The notes beneath the pieces were generated by a model that worked only from the letters and a program-made list of their open reading frames with translations, made no database searches and was not told the DNA's origin. Below are positions 20,503 through 31,095 of a stretch of 64,000 nt of DNA, piece after piece (the first letter of the stretch is position 1; every line of letters starts with the position of its first letter). Source of the DNA: a candidate division WOR-3 bacterium (GTDB taxonomy: Bacteria; Hydrothermota; Tepidihabitantia; Tepidihabitantales; Tepidihabitantaceae); assembly GCA_965649295.1 (NCBI GenBank), contig CBFGKH010000009.1, positions 44,284-108,283 of the forward strand, given 5' to 3'. A program made the translations under genes and the position numbers.

Positions 20503-21435
20503 ATGTTGCAGAGTCGTACACTGGGGATTATTGTTCACGGTGGAGTGGGAACAATTGCCGACAAATCGGCCTGCGCCGATGGCCTTGTTCCGGCCATCGA
20601 GGAGGGTTATCGGTTGTTGCGTCAAAGCGCTAGTGCCCAGGAAGCAGTGGTGACTGCAGTGCGAATTCTCGAAGAGAGCGGGTTGTACAATGCTGGCAGC
20701 GGAGCTGAGTTGAACGCTGACGGGCAGCAGGAGATGGACGCGGCGTTGATGACGCAGGATGGCCGATTTGGTGGGGTCTGCTGCATCAGTGGGGTGAGGA
20801 ATCCGATTCTTGTTGCCGAGAAGGTGATGCTTGATACCGACTATCTGCTGCTTGCGGGCGAAGGAGCTCGGCAGTTCGCGCGTCGGTGCGGATTTGCCGA
20901 AAGTGATGAAGTCAGTGAAAGCGCACGCCAGCGGCTGCAGCAATTCACCGCGGCCAGTACAGCAGCAGCCGGCGGCGTTGAACAGACGGTAAGTCAAACG
21001 GGCGCCGACGCGGTCCTTGGCAAAGATACCTATATCGGCACTGTTGGAGCAGTGGCAGTTGACAAGCATGGTGCGCTTGCTGTAGCCAGTTCAGCTGGTG
21101 GGCCTGTTGGTCGTTTGCGCGGTAGGGTCAGCGACACGGCTATCATTGGCGCTGGTATCTATGCCGGTCCAAGCGGTGCGGTCGCTTGCGCCGGTCAGGC
21201 TGAGGAGATAATGCGAGGACTGCTGGCGCGAGAGATTGTCGCCAAGATGGCTACAATGCCGGGTTCGGTGGCGGTCACGCTGGCCATGGCTGAAGCGCGG
21301 CGGCGAAAGATTCGTTGTGGCGTTATCGGTTTCGACGCTCATGGCGCGGTCTGCTACGGTCACACGACGCCTGAGCTTGCTTACGGCTACAAAGTGGCGG
21401 AGCGGCTTTTTCTCTTTGTTGCTGCGAGAAAGTAA
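20503..21435 (+). CDS. Isoaspartyl peptidase / L-asparaginase (Ntn hydrolase)
   Basis: HGGVG, NAGSG, EMDA, GTVGAVAVD nucleophile Thr, GRVSD. Confidence 0.88.
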   Translation: MLQSRTLGIIVHGGVGTIADKSACADGLVPAIEEGYRLLRQSASAQEAVVTAVRILEESGLYNAGSGAELNADGQQEMDAALMTQDGRFGGVCCISGVRNPILVAEKVMLDTDYLLLAGEGARQFARRCGFAESDEVSESARQRLQQFTAASTAAAGGVEQTVSQTGADAVLGKDTYIGTVGAVAVDKHGALAVASSAGGPVGRLRGRVSDTAIIGAGIYAGPSGAVACAGQAEEIMRGLLAREIVAKMATMPGSVAVTLAMAEARRRKIRCGVIGFDAHGAVCYGHTTPELAYGYKVAERLFLFVAARK

Positions 21436-21489
21436 CTCCACCATCTTGATTGACCGCACACTTCACTCGGCTAGACTGGTAACACTCTG

Positions 21490-24291
21490 ATGTTACGTCT
21501 GTTCAGTGCCTTGCTCATTGTTGCCCAAGCCGGTGCCCAGGTTTCCTACTTTGGCAAGAACAAGCTTCAAACCAGAGCCTACGATTTCAAGAGCTACGAG
21601 ACCGAGCACTTTCAGATACTGTTCTATTCCGGTGGTGAGGCTTTGGCCGAGTTTGCCGCGCGTTCGGCGGAGATGTACTACGCGACGATCAGTCGCGACT
21701 TAGGAGTTGAGCTAGAAGGTAAGACACCGCTACTGCTGTATCTTTCGCCCGGCCAGTTTGGCGAGACGAACGTCATCCTTGATATCCTTGAGGAGGGGGT
21801 CGGCGGCTTTTCGGAACTAATCCGAAACCGAATCGTCATTCCGTTCGACGGTTCCTACAGCAATCTGCATCACGTCATTGGTCACGAGCTTGTCCACATC
21901 TTTCAGTTTCAGCTATTCTACCGCAATCGGCTGTCGGCGCTGTTGGGGGCGGTGAGTGAGTTTCGGATTCCGCTTTGGGTCATTGAGGGTCTGGCCGAGT
22001 TTATGTCGGGTTGGGTGAACCAGACCTCGGAGGCGTTCATGCGCGACTTGGTGCTAAACAACCGGCTCGTGCCCTTGCAAAACCTGCACGACGGGATGGG
22101 GTACTTGGTCTATCGCGAGGGCGAGTCGTTCTATCACTTCGTTGCCGAACGCTATGGCCGAAATCGTGTTTTCGAGTTCATCCATCTACTGCGGAGTAAA
22201 CGTAGTCTCGATGCCGCCTTTGCGGCCGCGTTCGGGATGACGATCGAGCGATTCAATGCCGAGTGGTCGCGATGGTTGCAGCTGAAGTATTGGCCGCAGA
22301 TCGGTCGGTCGGTAGCGTTTGATACGCTCGCGCGAAAGCTCACTGACCATGTCCGCGACGGGTCGGTCTATAACACTGCTCCGGCAATCAGCCCAAGCGG
22401 TAACTCGGTTGCAATCGTGTCGGACCGCAATGAATACGCCGATGTCTATGTTATTTCGACTGTTGATGGCCGAGTGCTTGACCGTGTGGTGCGCGGTGGG
22501 CGGTCGGGCGGCTTTGAGGGTATGCACATACTCAGACCGGGCGTTGCTTGGTCACCGGATGAGCGGCTGATTGCTTTGTCCACGACAACTGCCGGCCGGG
22601 ACAACATTACCATAGTTACCTATCCTGGCGGCAGGGTGCAGCGGCGCATCTATGGGGCGCTTGATGCAGCATACTCGCCGCGTTTCAGCGCCGATGGAAG
22701 GCGACTGCTGTTTGTCGGGTTGAAGAACGGTTACAGTGATATCTATGAGACTGAGGTCGTTGGTGGGGAACCGAGACGACTGACCTATGATATTTACGAT
22801 GACCGCGACCCGGCAGTTGCGAGTGATGGCCAGTTGCTCGCTTTCGTTTCGGATCGGCCTGACCCGAACGATGAATGGCGGCCCGGCGCCTATGCGGTGT
22901 GGCTGCGTGACAGAGACGGTACCCTGCGAAGGATCAGTGAACGTTATGCGACGGTCACGTCACCATGCTTTGCGTCTGGTGATAGCTTACTGCTCTATGC
23001 TGTGTTCGATTCAGTCGGCTCGATTGTTGTTCACTCACTACCCGAGAACAGGCCAGTCCGCCGGGCCGAGCTGCTCGGTGAAGTCAGCTATCTGACGCTT
23101 TCGCGGGACGAGAAGAAGCTTACTTTTGCCTATTACGACAATGTCGGTTGGGACGTCTGTCTTGTGACTGACCCGTTGACTAGGCTGGCCGAGGATACCA
23201 CGGCAAGTCGTTCTGTACTTAGCGATACGATGCGGCGTACGAGCACAGGCCTTGACTTCAGTCGGGTGCGACCACTCGGGTTTCGGTTAGCGCTCGACTA
23301 CGCGCTCGGTGCAGCATCCTGGTCATCTGGTTCCCGAAGTGGGGTGACCGGAACTGTTTACTTGGCGGCCAGCGACATCCTCGGTAATCATCGCTTCATG
23401 TTTGCGACTGATATCACCGGTGACATTGTCAATTCCGATTTCTATTTTGCCTACTGGTTGCTGCCTTATCGGGTTGACTACGGTTTCGGTTTGTTTCAGC
23501 AGCGCGGCTACGCCTACTATCTGAACAACCTGACGGTGGTTGACCCGATTGCTAGAGGGGTGACGACGATAGCTGCCTATCCCTTTGATCGGTTTCTGCG
23601 GGCCGAGCTGGGCTTGACCGGCTATGTCGTTCACGAGGATACTTGGGTGTTGCGCCGGGACGAGGGCTATGAGCTTCTCGGTGCCGGCAATGTACTGACT
23701 AGCTACGCGAGTCCTGGTCTTGTTTTCGATAACACCCTCTGGACAGTTGAGGGGCCGGCCCGGGGTGTGCGGGCGCGGCTGGCTGGCGACCTGAGTCTAT
23801 TTGGTGCCAAGCGGTTTTGGGAACCCTATGCTGATTTGCGGTCTTATTTGCGGCTAGGACGGCGCTATACTTTGGCCAGTCGGCTTGCCGCTGCTGCTGG
23901 GCTGGGGCCTGATGGCAGTCGCTACACGATGGGCGGCGAGTATGTCCGCGGTTACAACTGGTATGAGTTCGTTGACAACCCTGGTCCGTTGCTCTCTATC
24001 GCCAGCCTGGAGCTGCGGTATCCGTTTATTGAGCGGCTGAAGCTCGGTTTTCCGCTGCCAATTGAAATCGGTGGTATCCGTGGCGTTGCCTTTGCCGATG
24101 CCGGACTGGTAGTGAATGACTCAGTGCACGTCTGGCAGGGGGGTAGGCTCAAAGACCTGAAGGTCGGGCTTGGCTTCGGGCTTCGGGTTCAGATATCCTA
24201 TTTCGCTCTCAAGTTGGACTGGGCAAAGCCAGTCTCCAGCACCGCCGATCCCGGATGGAAAGTCGCCCTTGGTCTTGGCAGTGACTTTTAG
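21490..24291 (+). CDS. Outer-membrane protein: HEXXH peptidase-like domain, PD40/TolB-like propeller and Omp85 (BamA/TamA) barrel
   Basis: Signal peptide, HELVH..P.W..EGLAE, P..SPDG repeats, VRGY, ELRYP, C-terminal Phe. Confidence 0.85.
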   Translation: MLRLFSALLIVAQAGAQVSYFGKNKLQTRAYDFKSYETEHFQILFYSGGEALAEFAARSAEMYYATISRDLGVELEGKTPLLLYLSPGQFGETNVILDILEEGVGGFSELIRNRIVIPFDGSYSNLHHVIGHELVHIFQFQLFYRNRLSALLGAVSEFRIPLWVIEGLAEFMSGWVNQTSEAFMRDLVLNNRLVPLQNLHDGMGYLVYREGESFYHFVAERYGRNRVFEFIHLLRSKRSLDAAFAAAFGMTIERFNAEWSRWLQLKYWPQIGRSVAFDTLARKLTDHVRDGSVYNTAPAISPSGNSVAIVSDRNEYADVYVISTVDGRVLDRVVRGGRSGGFEGMHILRPGVAWSPDERLIALSTTTAGRDNITIVTYPGGRVQRRIYGALDAAYSPRFSADGRRLLFVGLKNGYSDIYETEVVGGEPRRLTYDIYDDRDPAVASDGQLLAFVSDRPDPNDEWRPGAYAVWLRDRDGTLRRISERYATVTSPCFASGDSLLLYAVFDSVGSIVVHSLPENRPVRRAELLGEVSYLTLSRDEKKLTFAYYDNVGWDVCLVTDPLTRLAEDTTASRSVLSDTMRRTSTGLDFSRVRPLGFRLALDYALGAASWSSGSRSGVTGTVYLAASDILGNHRFMFATDITGDIVNSDFYFAYWLLPYRVDYGFGLFQQRGYAYYLNNLTVVDPIARGVTTIAAYPFDRFLRAELGLTGYVVHEDTWVLRRDEGYELLGAGNVLTSYASPGLVFDNTLWTVEGPARGVRARLAGDLSLFGAKRFWEPYADLRSYLRLGRRYTLASRLAAAAGLGPDGSRYTMGGEYVRGYNWYEFVDNPGPLLSIASLELRYPFIERLKLGFPLPIEIGGIRGVAFADAGLVVNDSVHVWQGGRLKDLKVGLGFGLRVQISYFALKLDWAKPVSSTADPGWKVALGLGSDF

Positions 24292-25426
24292 GTGGTGCTA
24301 TCTTGTCACCGGGCTACTTCTCTGCTGGTATTGTTCTTTGGCAGTCGGGTTGGCCGAGCCAATTGACCTGCGGCAGTCGCTGGCCAAACTCGACAGCGCG
24401 AGCTCGTTCCGGTTCAGTCTCTCCTATCACGCCGGTGCGGGTTGGGGGATAGCGGCCAGTTTTCAGGGCTGGCGTCGTCGGCCCGACACCGAATTATGGG
24501 CCGGGACGTGGACCAACCAAGGGGTCAGTTCGCAGGTGGCGATGGTCGCTAGCGGCAGCAAGCAGTACACAAAGGGCGATGATGGCCAGTGGCTGCTGAC
24601 CCAACGCGGGGTGGAGACCAGAATACTTGACCAGGTGCAAGCAGTCCTGCTCGATACGATGGCATCCTTGCTGCGTCCCGGTGTTTATGGCTTTGCGGCG
24701 CGGATGCCCCTGTTCGATGCCGCCGCAGCTGGACGGTATCAGGGCGAGATTAGAATCGGCCGTAACGGAATGCCGGTTGCCATAGCCGTGCGTGAGACTG
24801 GCGGGAAGAGTGGCTGGGAGTGCCGGTTCAGCCGGTTCGGTTGGCCGGTGCGCATCCGGCTGCCGTTTGTCCCGGCCCAGACGATTCGTATCCAGCCCGA
24901 GACGAGGCACTGCTGCTGTGTTGTGCAGCAGGCGCGACGGCGGCTGATTGCCAGGTTTCGGTCAATCGGAGTTGATGTTCGGCTGGCGGCTGGTGGCCGA
25001 GTCATGGTTGACCAGGCGCTACCGGTTTCGCTCCTCGGAATGCTGGTTGGACAGGGCAAGGTCGAGCTCTGGTCTGCTGTTCGCACTGAAGACACGGCTG
25101 GCCAGCCAGTGGCTGGCGATGTCGCGCGCCGGGTTCGACTTGAACATTGGCTGCTTGCTAACCGCTCGCTGCTTGCTCGGCCTGATACCTTGCTACCGCT
25201 TTCGCCAACTCTGACTTGTGCGATTCTACCCGATTCAGTCGCTCGACTGGTAGCCCTAGTGGTTGATGGGCAAGTCCTTGATGTCCGTGAGGTGGAGCCT
25301 TACCAGGACAAGGTGCAGTTCTCTGAACTGGGTTCATCACCGTTTGTCGCGGCAATCGCGGCGATGGCGCAAGCCGCGCCATTGCCATTCGGTTTTAGGG
25401 TAGTCGAGGTCGGTAATGGCCGCTAG
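24281..25426 (+). CDS. Exported hypothetical protein; C-terminal part resembles the SecD P1 domain
   Basis: Long ORF between coupled genes; hydrophobic leader; start uncertain (GTG 24281). Confidence 0.6.
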   Translation: MTFRWCYLVTGLLLCWYCSLAVGLAEPIDLRQSLAKLDSASSFRFSLSYHAGAGWGIAASFQGWRRRPDTELWAGTWTNQGVSSQVAMVASGSKQYTKGDDGQWLLTQRGVETRILDQVQAVLLDTMASLLRPGVYGFAARMPLFDAAAAGRYQGEIRIGRNGMPVAIAVRETGGKSGWECRFSRFGWPVRIRLPFVPAQTIRIQPETRHCCCVVQQARRRLIARFRSIGVDVRLAAGGRVMVDQALPVSLLGMLVGQGKVELWSAVRTEDTAGQPVAGDVARRVRLEHWLLANRSLLARPDTLLPLSPTLTCAILPDSVARLVALVVDGQVLDVREVEPYQDKVQFSELGSSPFVAAIAAMAQAAPLPFGFRVVEVGNGR

Positions 25427-28400
25427 GTCTTGGCTTTGTCTCCTAATTGGCCTGGCAGTGGCGACTGCGGCAAGTGGAGAACCGAAAGTGCAGGTTCTCG
25501 GTTCAGACCGGACCGGCTTCAGCTGTCGCGTCGAGTTTGGGGAGCCGGTCTTGGTGGCCCGGGGTCAGGCTAGCAGGGTGGAGCTGGACGGCTGCGACAA
25601 CGTGGCAGAGCCAGGCTGCTTCGACCTGCCGAGCAAGACGATTTGCGTTGGTCTGCCGCAAAGCGGTGGCTACCGTCTCGAAGTAGTAGCGCGTGATACT
25701 TACTCGCTGTCAGCAGTAGTGGCGCGGGTTCCGCGCTGCTCTTGGGAAGATGAATGGGACGGGCAAGGCCCAGCAGCGAGCGCGAGGGAAGGAGGAGCGG
25801 CAGAGTCTAGTGGCGCTGCTACTGAGAAGTGTGGGCAGTCAGGCTGGGTAGTCGCTGGTGCGATCAGTTGTCGGCGTGGGATTCGTTTCGTGCCGCTAAC
25901 CCTCCGGCCTGTTCAATACGATGCCGGGCAGAGAACTGTCCAGGTTGCTCGGTCCCTTGAGCTGCGCGTTTGCTTCGAGCAACAGCCGGTTGAACTGAGT
26001 GTCACTGACCCGTTGACCGCGGTGGTCGGAAATTGGCTTCTCAACGGCACGGTTGCCGCAGCCTGGAGAGTAGTGGAGATGGGCGCCAATCCTAATCCTT
26101 TTGCCCGGTCGGCAAATTGGCTGCGGATTAGAATTGATTCGACCGGCCTCTACGGGATTACCGGTCGCGACCTGGCGGCGGCCGGGTTGTCACTGTCTGG
26201 TTTGGCTGTATCAACCCTGGCTTTGTACCGTCCGCAAGGAGCAGACCACGGGGCTAGCTTTGATTCGTTGGTGCCGGTTCCGATCCATGTTGACGATGGC
26301 GGTGATGGCAGGTTTGATGCCGATGATGTTATCGTATTCTGGGGGATTGGTGCGAGCCACTGGACTGCGCTGCAAGCCGAGTATGTGACCAATCTCTACT
26401 CGAACCAGAGCGCATACTGGCTGACATGGAATGGTGCGGCTGGTGCGCGGATGCCGGCTGGGCTTGGTCCTGATTCGATCGGGGCCAGGCGCGTCACGAC
26501 CGGTCTTGGCCGGGCTCGCATCGAGAAGGACTTGATATGTCCGGCACGTTCGGGTCTGCTCTGGCTTTGGCAGCAACTCTACAAGCCGCGGGAGCAGTTG
26601 GAGGCTTTGTTCCAGACCGACATTCGGCTAGTAGCGCCGTCTCGGCTCCTCGGTATTGCTGGCCGACTGCTTGCTGATTCTTCAGGTAATACTGTCAGCG
26701 TGAAATTGAATGGTCGGCAGGTCGGAACATTAGTTTTCAACGAGGCAACACCGGGCCGGCCGTTTCTTTTCAGCCTGGCTGCTGACTTGCCACTTGATTT
26801 CAGCAGCAACAGTATCGAGCTCAGCCTGCGTGGCAACGGTGGCAAGCGGCTCTGGGTTGACTATTTCGAGTTCGAGTACGAGAAGCGACTGACACTCGAA
26901 TGCGGCCAACTTTTCTTTGTGACAACCGACACCGGTCTCTGTCGCTATGTGCTGCGTGGTGTCAGTGCCTTGCCCTATGTGGTCAATACGACCGTGCCGG
27001 AACGGCCGTTGCTGATTACCGAGCCGCTCTGGCAAGGCGACAGTCTTGCTTTCTGCCATCGTGCTGGCCAAGCCAATGAGTTTGCAGTCGCGACCCGGAG
27101 TCAGTTGCGCCGGCCAAGCGAGATTCGGCGCTGCCAGCCGGGTCGGCTGCGTGACCGACTGGTGGCGGCTGACTACTGGATAATCGCACCGTCAGCCCAG
27201 TTTGCAGCGGCAGAGCGGTTAGCTCGCTATCGAACCGGCAACGTTCCCGGCATCAGCAATGCTCGGGTTGCGGTCGCAGTTCTCGAGGAGGTCTATGACG
27301 ACTATGGCGGCGGCAATGAATCTCCTTGGGCAGTGAAAAACTTCATTGCCGACAAGCAGCCAAGTTATGTCCTGCTCGTTGGCGACGCGACTTGTGACTA
27401 TCGCGGGCTATTGGGCCCCAGACCGGCTGGCGTGCCGGCCTGGGAGTATGGCTATGGTCTCAATCCGGATGCCTATGACCGAACCGTCATGGCCTTTGAT
27501 GCCTGGTATGCCGACTTCGAGGGTGATGGCGGGTCGCCGGACGCTATCCTTGGACGAGTGACCACCCGGGACGGAACTGAACTATCGCAATACGTCAGTC
27601 GAATCATTGAGTATGAGTCACGACCAACTGGCTACTGGCAGCGACGTTTTCTGTTGCTGGCTGACGACGAGTTCGAAGGGTCGGTGAGCCGGCCGGACCC
27701 GATTGGCTTTGGCCACATCGCCTATTGCGAGGCGATGGCCGCACTCGCCGACAATACCCTAGAACCGGTCAAGGTGTATCTTACCGAGTATCCGTATGTC
27801 GGGGTGAAGAACAAGCCTGGCGCCCATGCTGCTTTGATGCGGGAGCTAGGTCGTGGCGGTCTGGTCTTGGTCTTCTTTGGTCATGGCGCAGGTCACGACC
27901 TGACGCACGAGAGCGTATTGAACATCACTCACACCAGCAGCATCCGTAACGAAGGCCGGTCACCAGTGTGTTTCTTCGGCAGTTGCTCGGTGGGAAGATT
28001 CGACGACTGGCTCTTTGAGTGCATTGCCGAGGATATTGTCCGGCAGGGTGGGGCGATTGCAGCAGTGGCAGCAACCAAGGCGACCACTTCTGGTTCAAAT
28101 CAGGTATTCTGTCGTCAGTTCTTGACCCCACTCTTCTCGTGGCCGGATTCGACAGTCGGACTCAGCTTCTTTCTTGCCTGGCCAACCGACCGCATCTATC
28201 ACTTCTTCGGCGACCCAGCGCTGCGGCTACGTCTGCCGACCGTTGCGACCGCTCCGGTGACGGTTCGGCCCAGTGTTGCCCAACCGTTGCTTGAACTCTC
28301 CTGCCGAGCAGTGCTCGACACTTCGGCCGGCGAATACGAGTGGCGGTTCTTTGGGCCGCGCCGCAGCCGGCTCTATCGGTCAACTCAGGGCCAGGTAATC

Positions 28401-29270
28401 TACCTGCTGGCGGGAACAGAGGCAGGCCGGGGCCGAGGCCGTATCGAACACGGGATGGTCGCTTTTCGGACCATGCTGCCCTTGGGGATTCCGCTCGACA
28501 CCGTCTTTGTGGCGGACGGCTACTATGCGCCGGTTGTTCGGTCATGCCGAGTTGGGATCGTCACTGCTGAGCGGATATGGCGCAACGACACAATTGAATT
28601 CGCGTTGGACACTGCCCCGAGTGAGGACACGGCTGGTCCAACGGTCGAACTGCGTTGTAACGGTACCCGGCTGACCGACGGTGCAACCGTGCCCCGGGAC
28701 TTCACCCTTGAGGTCGTACTGACCGACACGAGTGGCGTGCTCGGCGCGGCGACACCGTTTGGTGCGGTGACGCTGACCATCGGTGCTGCTGCGCCGATTG
28801 ATGTGACGGATCGGCTCGCGTTCGGTGACTCGTACCGGCATGCGACCTTGACGGTACCGGTCAGTCTAGCCCAGGACTCGACCCGAATCACGCTCGTAGC
28901 CTGTGACAATGCCTTGAACAGAACCACGACTAGCGTTGTGGTGAGAAGCAGCAGTGTTGCCGAGTTGAAGCTCGACTCGCTACTGCTCTTTCCCAATCCG
29001 GCCCGCTATTCGACGAGTCTCTTCTTCTGGTCCAGCCGACCAGCGGTAGCCCGTTTCCGCGTCCATACCCTTTCCGGCCGGCTCGTCTTTGACTCTGGTA
29101 CTCGGGCGGTGCGTGCCGGGCACAACCAACTGGACTGGCACGGCCGTGACCAGCAGGGCAATATCGTACCGGCTGGTGTTTACCTTGTTTCCTTGCGGCT
29201 GACCAGTTCAGCTCCAGACCGACAGTCGCGCACGACGACCGCTTGCGAGCGACTAATAGTCCGTCGCTAG
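25416..29270 (+). CDS. C25 (gingipain-family) cysteine peptidase, PorU-like T9SS sortase
   Basis: Signal peptide, propeptide, GLYGIT, YVLLVGD, FFGHG and GSC catalytic motifs, D..GP.V, FPNP/FlgD-like C-terminus. Confidence 0.82.
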   Translation: MAARSWLCLLIGLAVATAASGEPKVQVLGSDRTGFSCRVEFGEPVLVARGQASRVELDGCDNVAEPGCFDLPSKTICVGLPQSGGYRLEVVARDTYSLSAVVARVPRCSWEDEWDGQGPAASAREGGAAESSGAATEKCGQSGWVVAGAISCRRGIRFVPLTLRPVQYDAGQRTVQVARSLELRVCFEQQPVELSVTDPLTAVVGNWLLNGTVAAAWRVVEMGANPNPFARSANWLRIRIDSTGLYGITGRDLAAAGLSLSGLAVSTLALYRPQGADHGASFDSLVPVPIHVDDGGDGRFDADDVIVFWGIGASHWTALQAEYVTNLYSNQSAYWLTWNGAAGARMPAGLGPDSIGARRVTTGLGRARIEKDLICPARSGLLWLWQQLYKPREQLEALFQTDIRLVAPSRLLGIAGRLLADSSGNTVSVKLNGRQVGTLVFNEATPGRPFLFSLAADLPLDFSSNSIELSLRGNGGKRLWVDYFEFEYEKRLTLECGQLFFVTTDTGLCRYVLRGVSALPYVVNTTVPERPLLITEPLWQGDSLAFCHRAGQANEFAVATRSQLRRPSEIRRCQPGRLRDRLVAADYWIIAPSAQFAAAERLARYRTGNVPGISNARVAVAVLEEVYDDYGGGNESPWAVKNFIADKQPSYVLLVGDATCDYRGLLGPRPAGVPAWEYGYGLNPDAYDRTVMAFDAWYADFEGDGGSPDAILGRVTTRDGTELSQYVSRIIEYESRPTGYWQRRFLLLADDEFEGSVSRPDPIGFGHIAYCEAMAALADNTLEPVKVYLTEYPYVGVKNKPGAHAALMRELGRGGLVLVFFGHGAGHDLTHESVLNITHTSSIRNEGRSPVCFFGSCSVGRFDDWLFECIAEDIVRQGGAIAAVAATKATTSGSNQVFCRQFLTPLFSWPDSTVGLSFFLAWPTDRIYHFFGDPALRLRLPTVATAPVTVRPSVAQPLLELSCRAVLDTSAGEYEWRFFGPRRSRLYRSTQGQVIYLLAGTEAGRGRGRIEHGMVAFRTMLPLGIPLDTVFVADGYYAPVVRSCRVGIVTAERIWRNDTIEFALDTAPSEDTAGPTVELRCNGTRLTDGATVPRDFTLEVVLTDTSGVLGAATPFGAVTLTIGAAAPIDVTDRLAFGDSYRHATLTVPVSLAQDSTRITLVACDNALNRTTTSVVVRSSSVAELKLDSLLLFPNPARYSTSLFFWSSRPAVARFRVHTLSGRLVFDSGTRAVRAGHNQLDWHGRDQQGNIVPAGVYLVSLRLTSSAPDRQSRTTTACERLIVRR

Positions 29271-29907
29271 TGAGCGCCGGAGTGCAGTTGGGTAGCTCCG
29301 GCCGCTCCTTCCCAGGACAGCCAGATAACATCGCCGGGAAGACCAGGCAAGGGGTGGGTAGCGGTGCTGGCAAAGGCTCTGCTCAAGCCCGGTCCCAGTA
29401 ATCACGATAACAGATTGTTAGACAGAGGGTTAGATGCTGGAGTTTAGGCACTGCCAAAGAACAGAGCAGAGGCAGGTCGAAACAGTAGGGCAGAGGGACA
29501 AGAAGAGAAATCGGCCAAGGCTAGAAGATAGGCCGGGTAAGAGTTCTTGCTGCTGGCTTTGGTCAAGTCTGCGGGTTAGGCTGCGGAGAACGGTGGAGGT
29601 AAGGGCTAGGGGGACGGCCACTGGGTGGCCCAGGGGACGGGAATTGCCGGGTTGGTGGCTTGCGAGCGTATGTATAGCCGGAGCAAGGATGGGTAGTGGA
29701 AGTCGCCGGCCGCCAGCCAGGCAAGAGAACAGGCCAGCGAGTTGGCCAGGACAAGGGAGATTCGCGGTGCAGGCCGAGCAGTTGGCAGGAAGAGGTGCAG
29801 AGCTGGCAGAGGCGACGCTGGTCAGGAGTGCGGCCGCTGACCGGTCTGTCTGCCGCGCTTGGGCTCGGCTAGCTTGACGCTTGTGATACTGAGTTCTATA
29901 ATCAACC

Positions 29908-31083
29908 ATGCCCCAAAGTCAGAATAGTCCTTTTGGCAAGAGCCCGATGCCACTCCTTTCGCGGAGCGGCTTGATTGTGAGAGTCCTTGGCTTGGTTATG
30001 GTCGTTGTTGCCATTGCTGGTGCCGGCCAGAACCCGGGGGCAGTGTTTCTCATGATCTGGCCGGCGGCCCGGCCCACATCGCTTGGCGGTGCTTTTACCG
30101 CTATCGCCGACGACGCGAGCACGGTTTTCTATAATCCCGGCGGCATGGCTTTCCTGCCCCGGACAAATGCAACGTTGATGCACTGCAACTGGCTGCCCGG
30201 GCTTTATCCCGGGATGTACTACGAATACGCTGGTGTGACGCATAGTCTCGGCAGTCGCGGCAGCGTCGGTGGCAACGTCGTCTATCTGACGACTGGCGAA
30301 ACCGATGTGATAAACGAGCGCAACGAATTCCTCGGCCGTTACACGACTTTCGATGTGGCGGTTACCGGCTCCTATGGCTACCCAGTGCTGCCCAATCTCG
30401 GCTTGGGCGTTGGCGCTAAGTTTGTCTATTCCTTCTTGGTTCCGGATTGGGTCTGGAGCGTGATGCCGGAGCTTGGCATTGAGGCTGGCGGCACCGGTAT
30501 CACCTGGGCGCTCGACGCCGGCGCGCTCTATCGGCCTTTCGACTTTCTCAAAGTCGGAATGTCGCTGGCCAATCTCGGGCCGAACATCTCCTATACCTCG
30601 TCAGGGGAATCAGACCCACTGCCGCGGATGCTGCGGCTGGGCGTCGCCTACACGCCAGTGGACAATCGGATAGTGAAACTCACGGTCTCTCCCGAGTTTA
30701 CCAAGATACTGGTCGGCATGTTCTACAACCCTGATGGCGACAAGACCCTTGGCCGGATGTTGCAGGAGGAATGGCGCAGCACCTGGCGCAGTTTCGGGGT
30801 TGAGGCCTCATTTGTCAATCTGATTCATGCTCGGGTTGGCTACTTTGAGGACATTGAAGGTCAGCGCGGCGGCATCGTGCTCGAACGGCCGGGCGAGAAT
30901 CAGGTTCATTACGGCCTTGACGAAGTGCTGGTGCGTAAGAATCTGGGGCGGTTCAAGTCCCTTGGCCTCTGTTTCGGGGCTGGCATCGAGTATGCCAAGT
31001 TCAAGTTCGACCTGAGCATTGACAAGTTGATCTACGACTTTCCGACCGACAACTACAAGTTCTCGCTTTCATACCAATTCTGA
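29908..31083 (+). CDS. PorV-family outer-membrane protein
   Basis: FLMIWPAARPTSLG.A.TAIADDA...FYNPGG, NLGP.ISY, PLP..LRLG, C-terminal Phe; promoter TTGACG-N17-TATAAT at 29874-29902. Confidence 0.82.
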   Translation: MPQSQNSPFGKSPMPLLSRSGLIVRVLGLVMVVVAIAGAGQNPGAVFLMIWPAARPTSLGGAFTAIADDASTVFYNPGGMAFLPRTNATLMHCNWLPGLYPGMYYEYAGVTHSLGSRGSVGGNVVYLTTGETDVINERNEFLGRYTTFDVAVTGSYGYPVLPNLGLGVGAKFVYSFLVPDWVWSVMPELGIEAGGTGITWALDAGALYRPFDFLKVGMSLANLGPNISYTSSGESDPLPRMLRLGVAYTPVDNRIVKLTVSPEFTKILVGMFYNPDGDKTLGRMLQEEWRSTWRSFGVEASFVNLIHARVGYFEDIEGQRGGIVLERPGENQVHYGLDEVLVRKNLGRFKSLGLCFGAGIEYAKFKFDLSIDKLIYDFPTDNYKFSLSYQF

Positions 31084-31095
31084 GGCCGACTGGCA

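Noticed and set aside
29560..29700. Resemblance to RNase P RNA (CCGGAGCAAGG, AGGTAAGGG)
   Set aside because: The conserved GAGGAAAGTCC and AACCCGGCTTA P4 strands were not found on either strand.
29430..29909. ORFs 29430-29909(-) and 29434-29877(+)
   Set aside because: Biased composition, no motifs, and they overlap the porV-like promoter.
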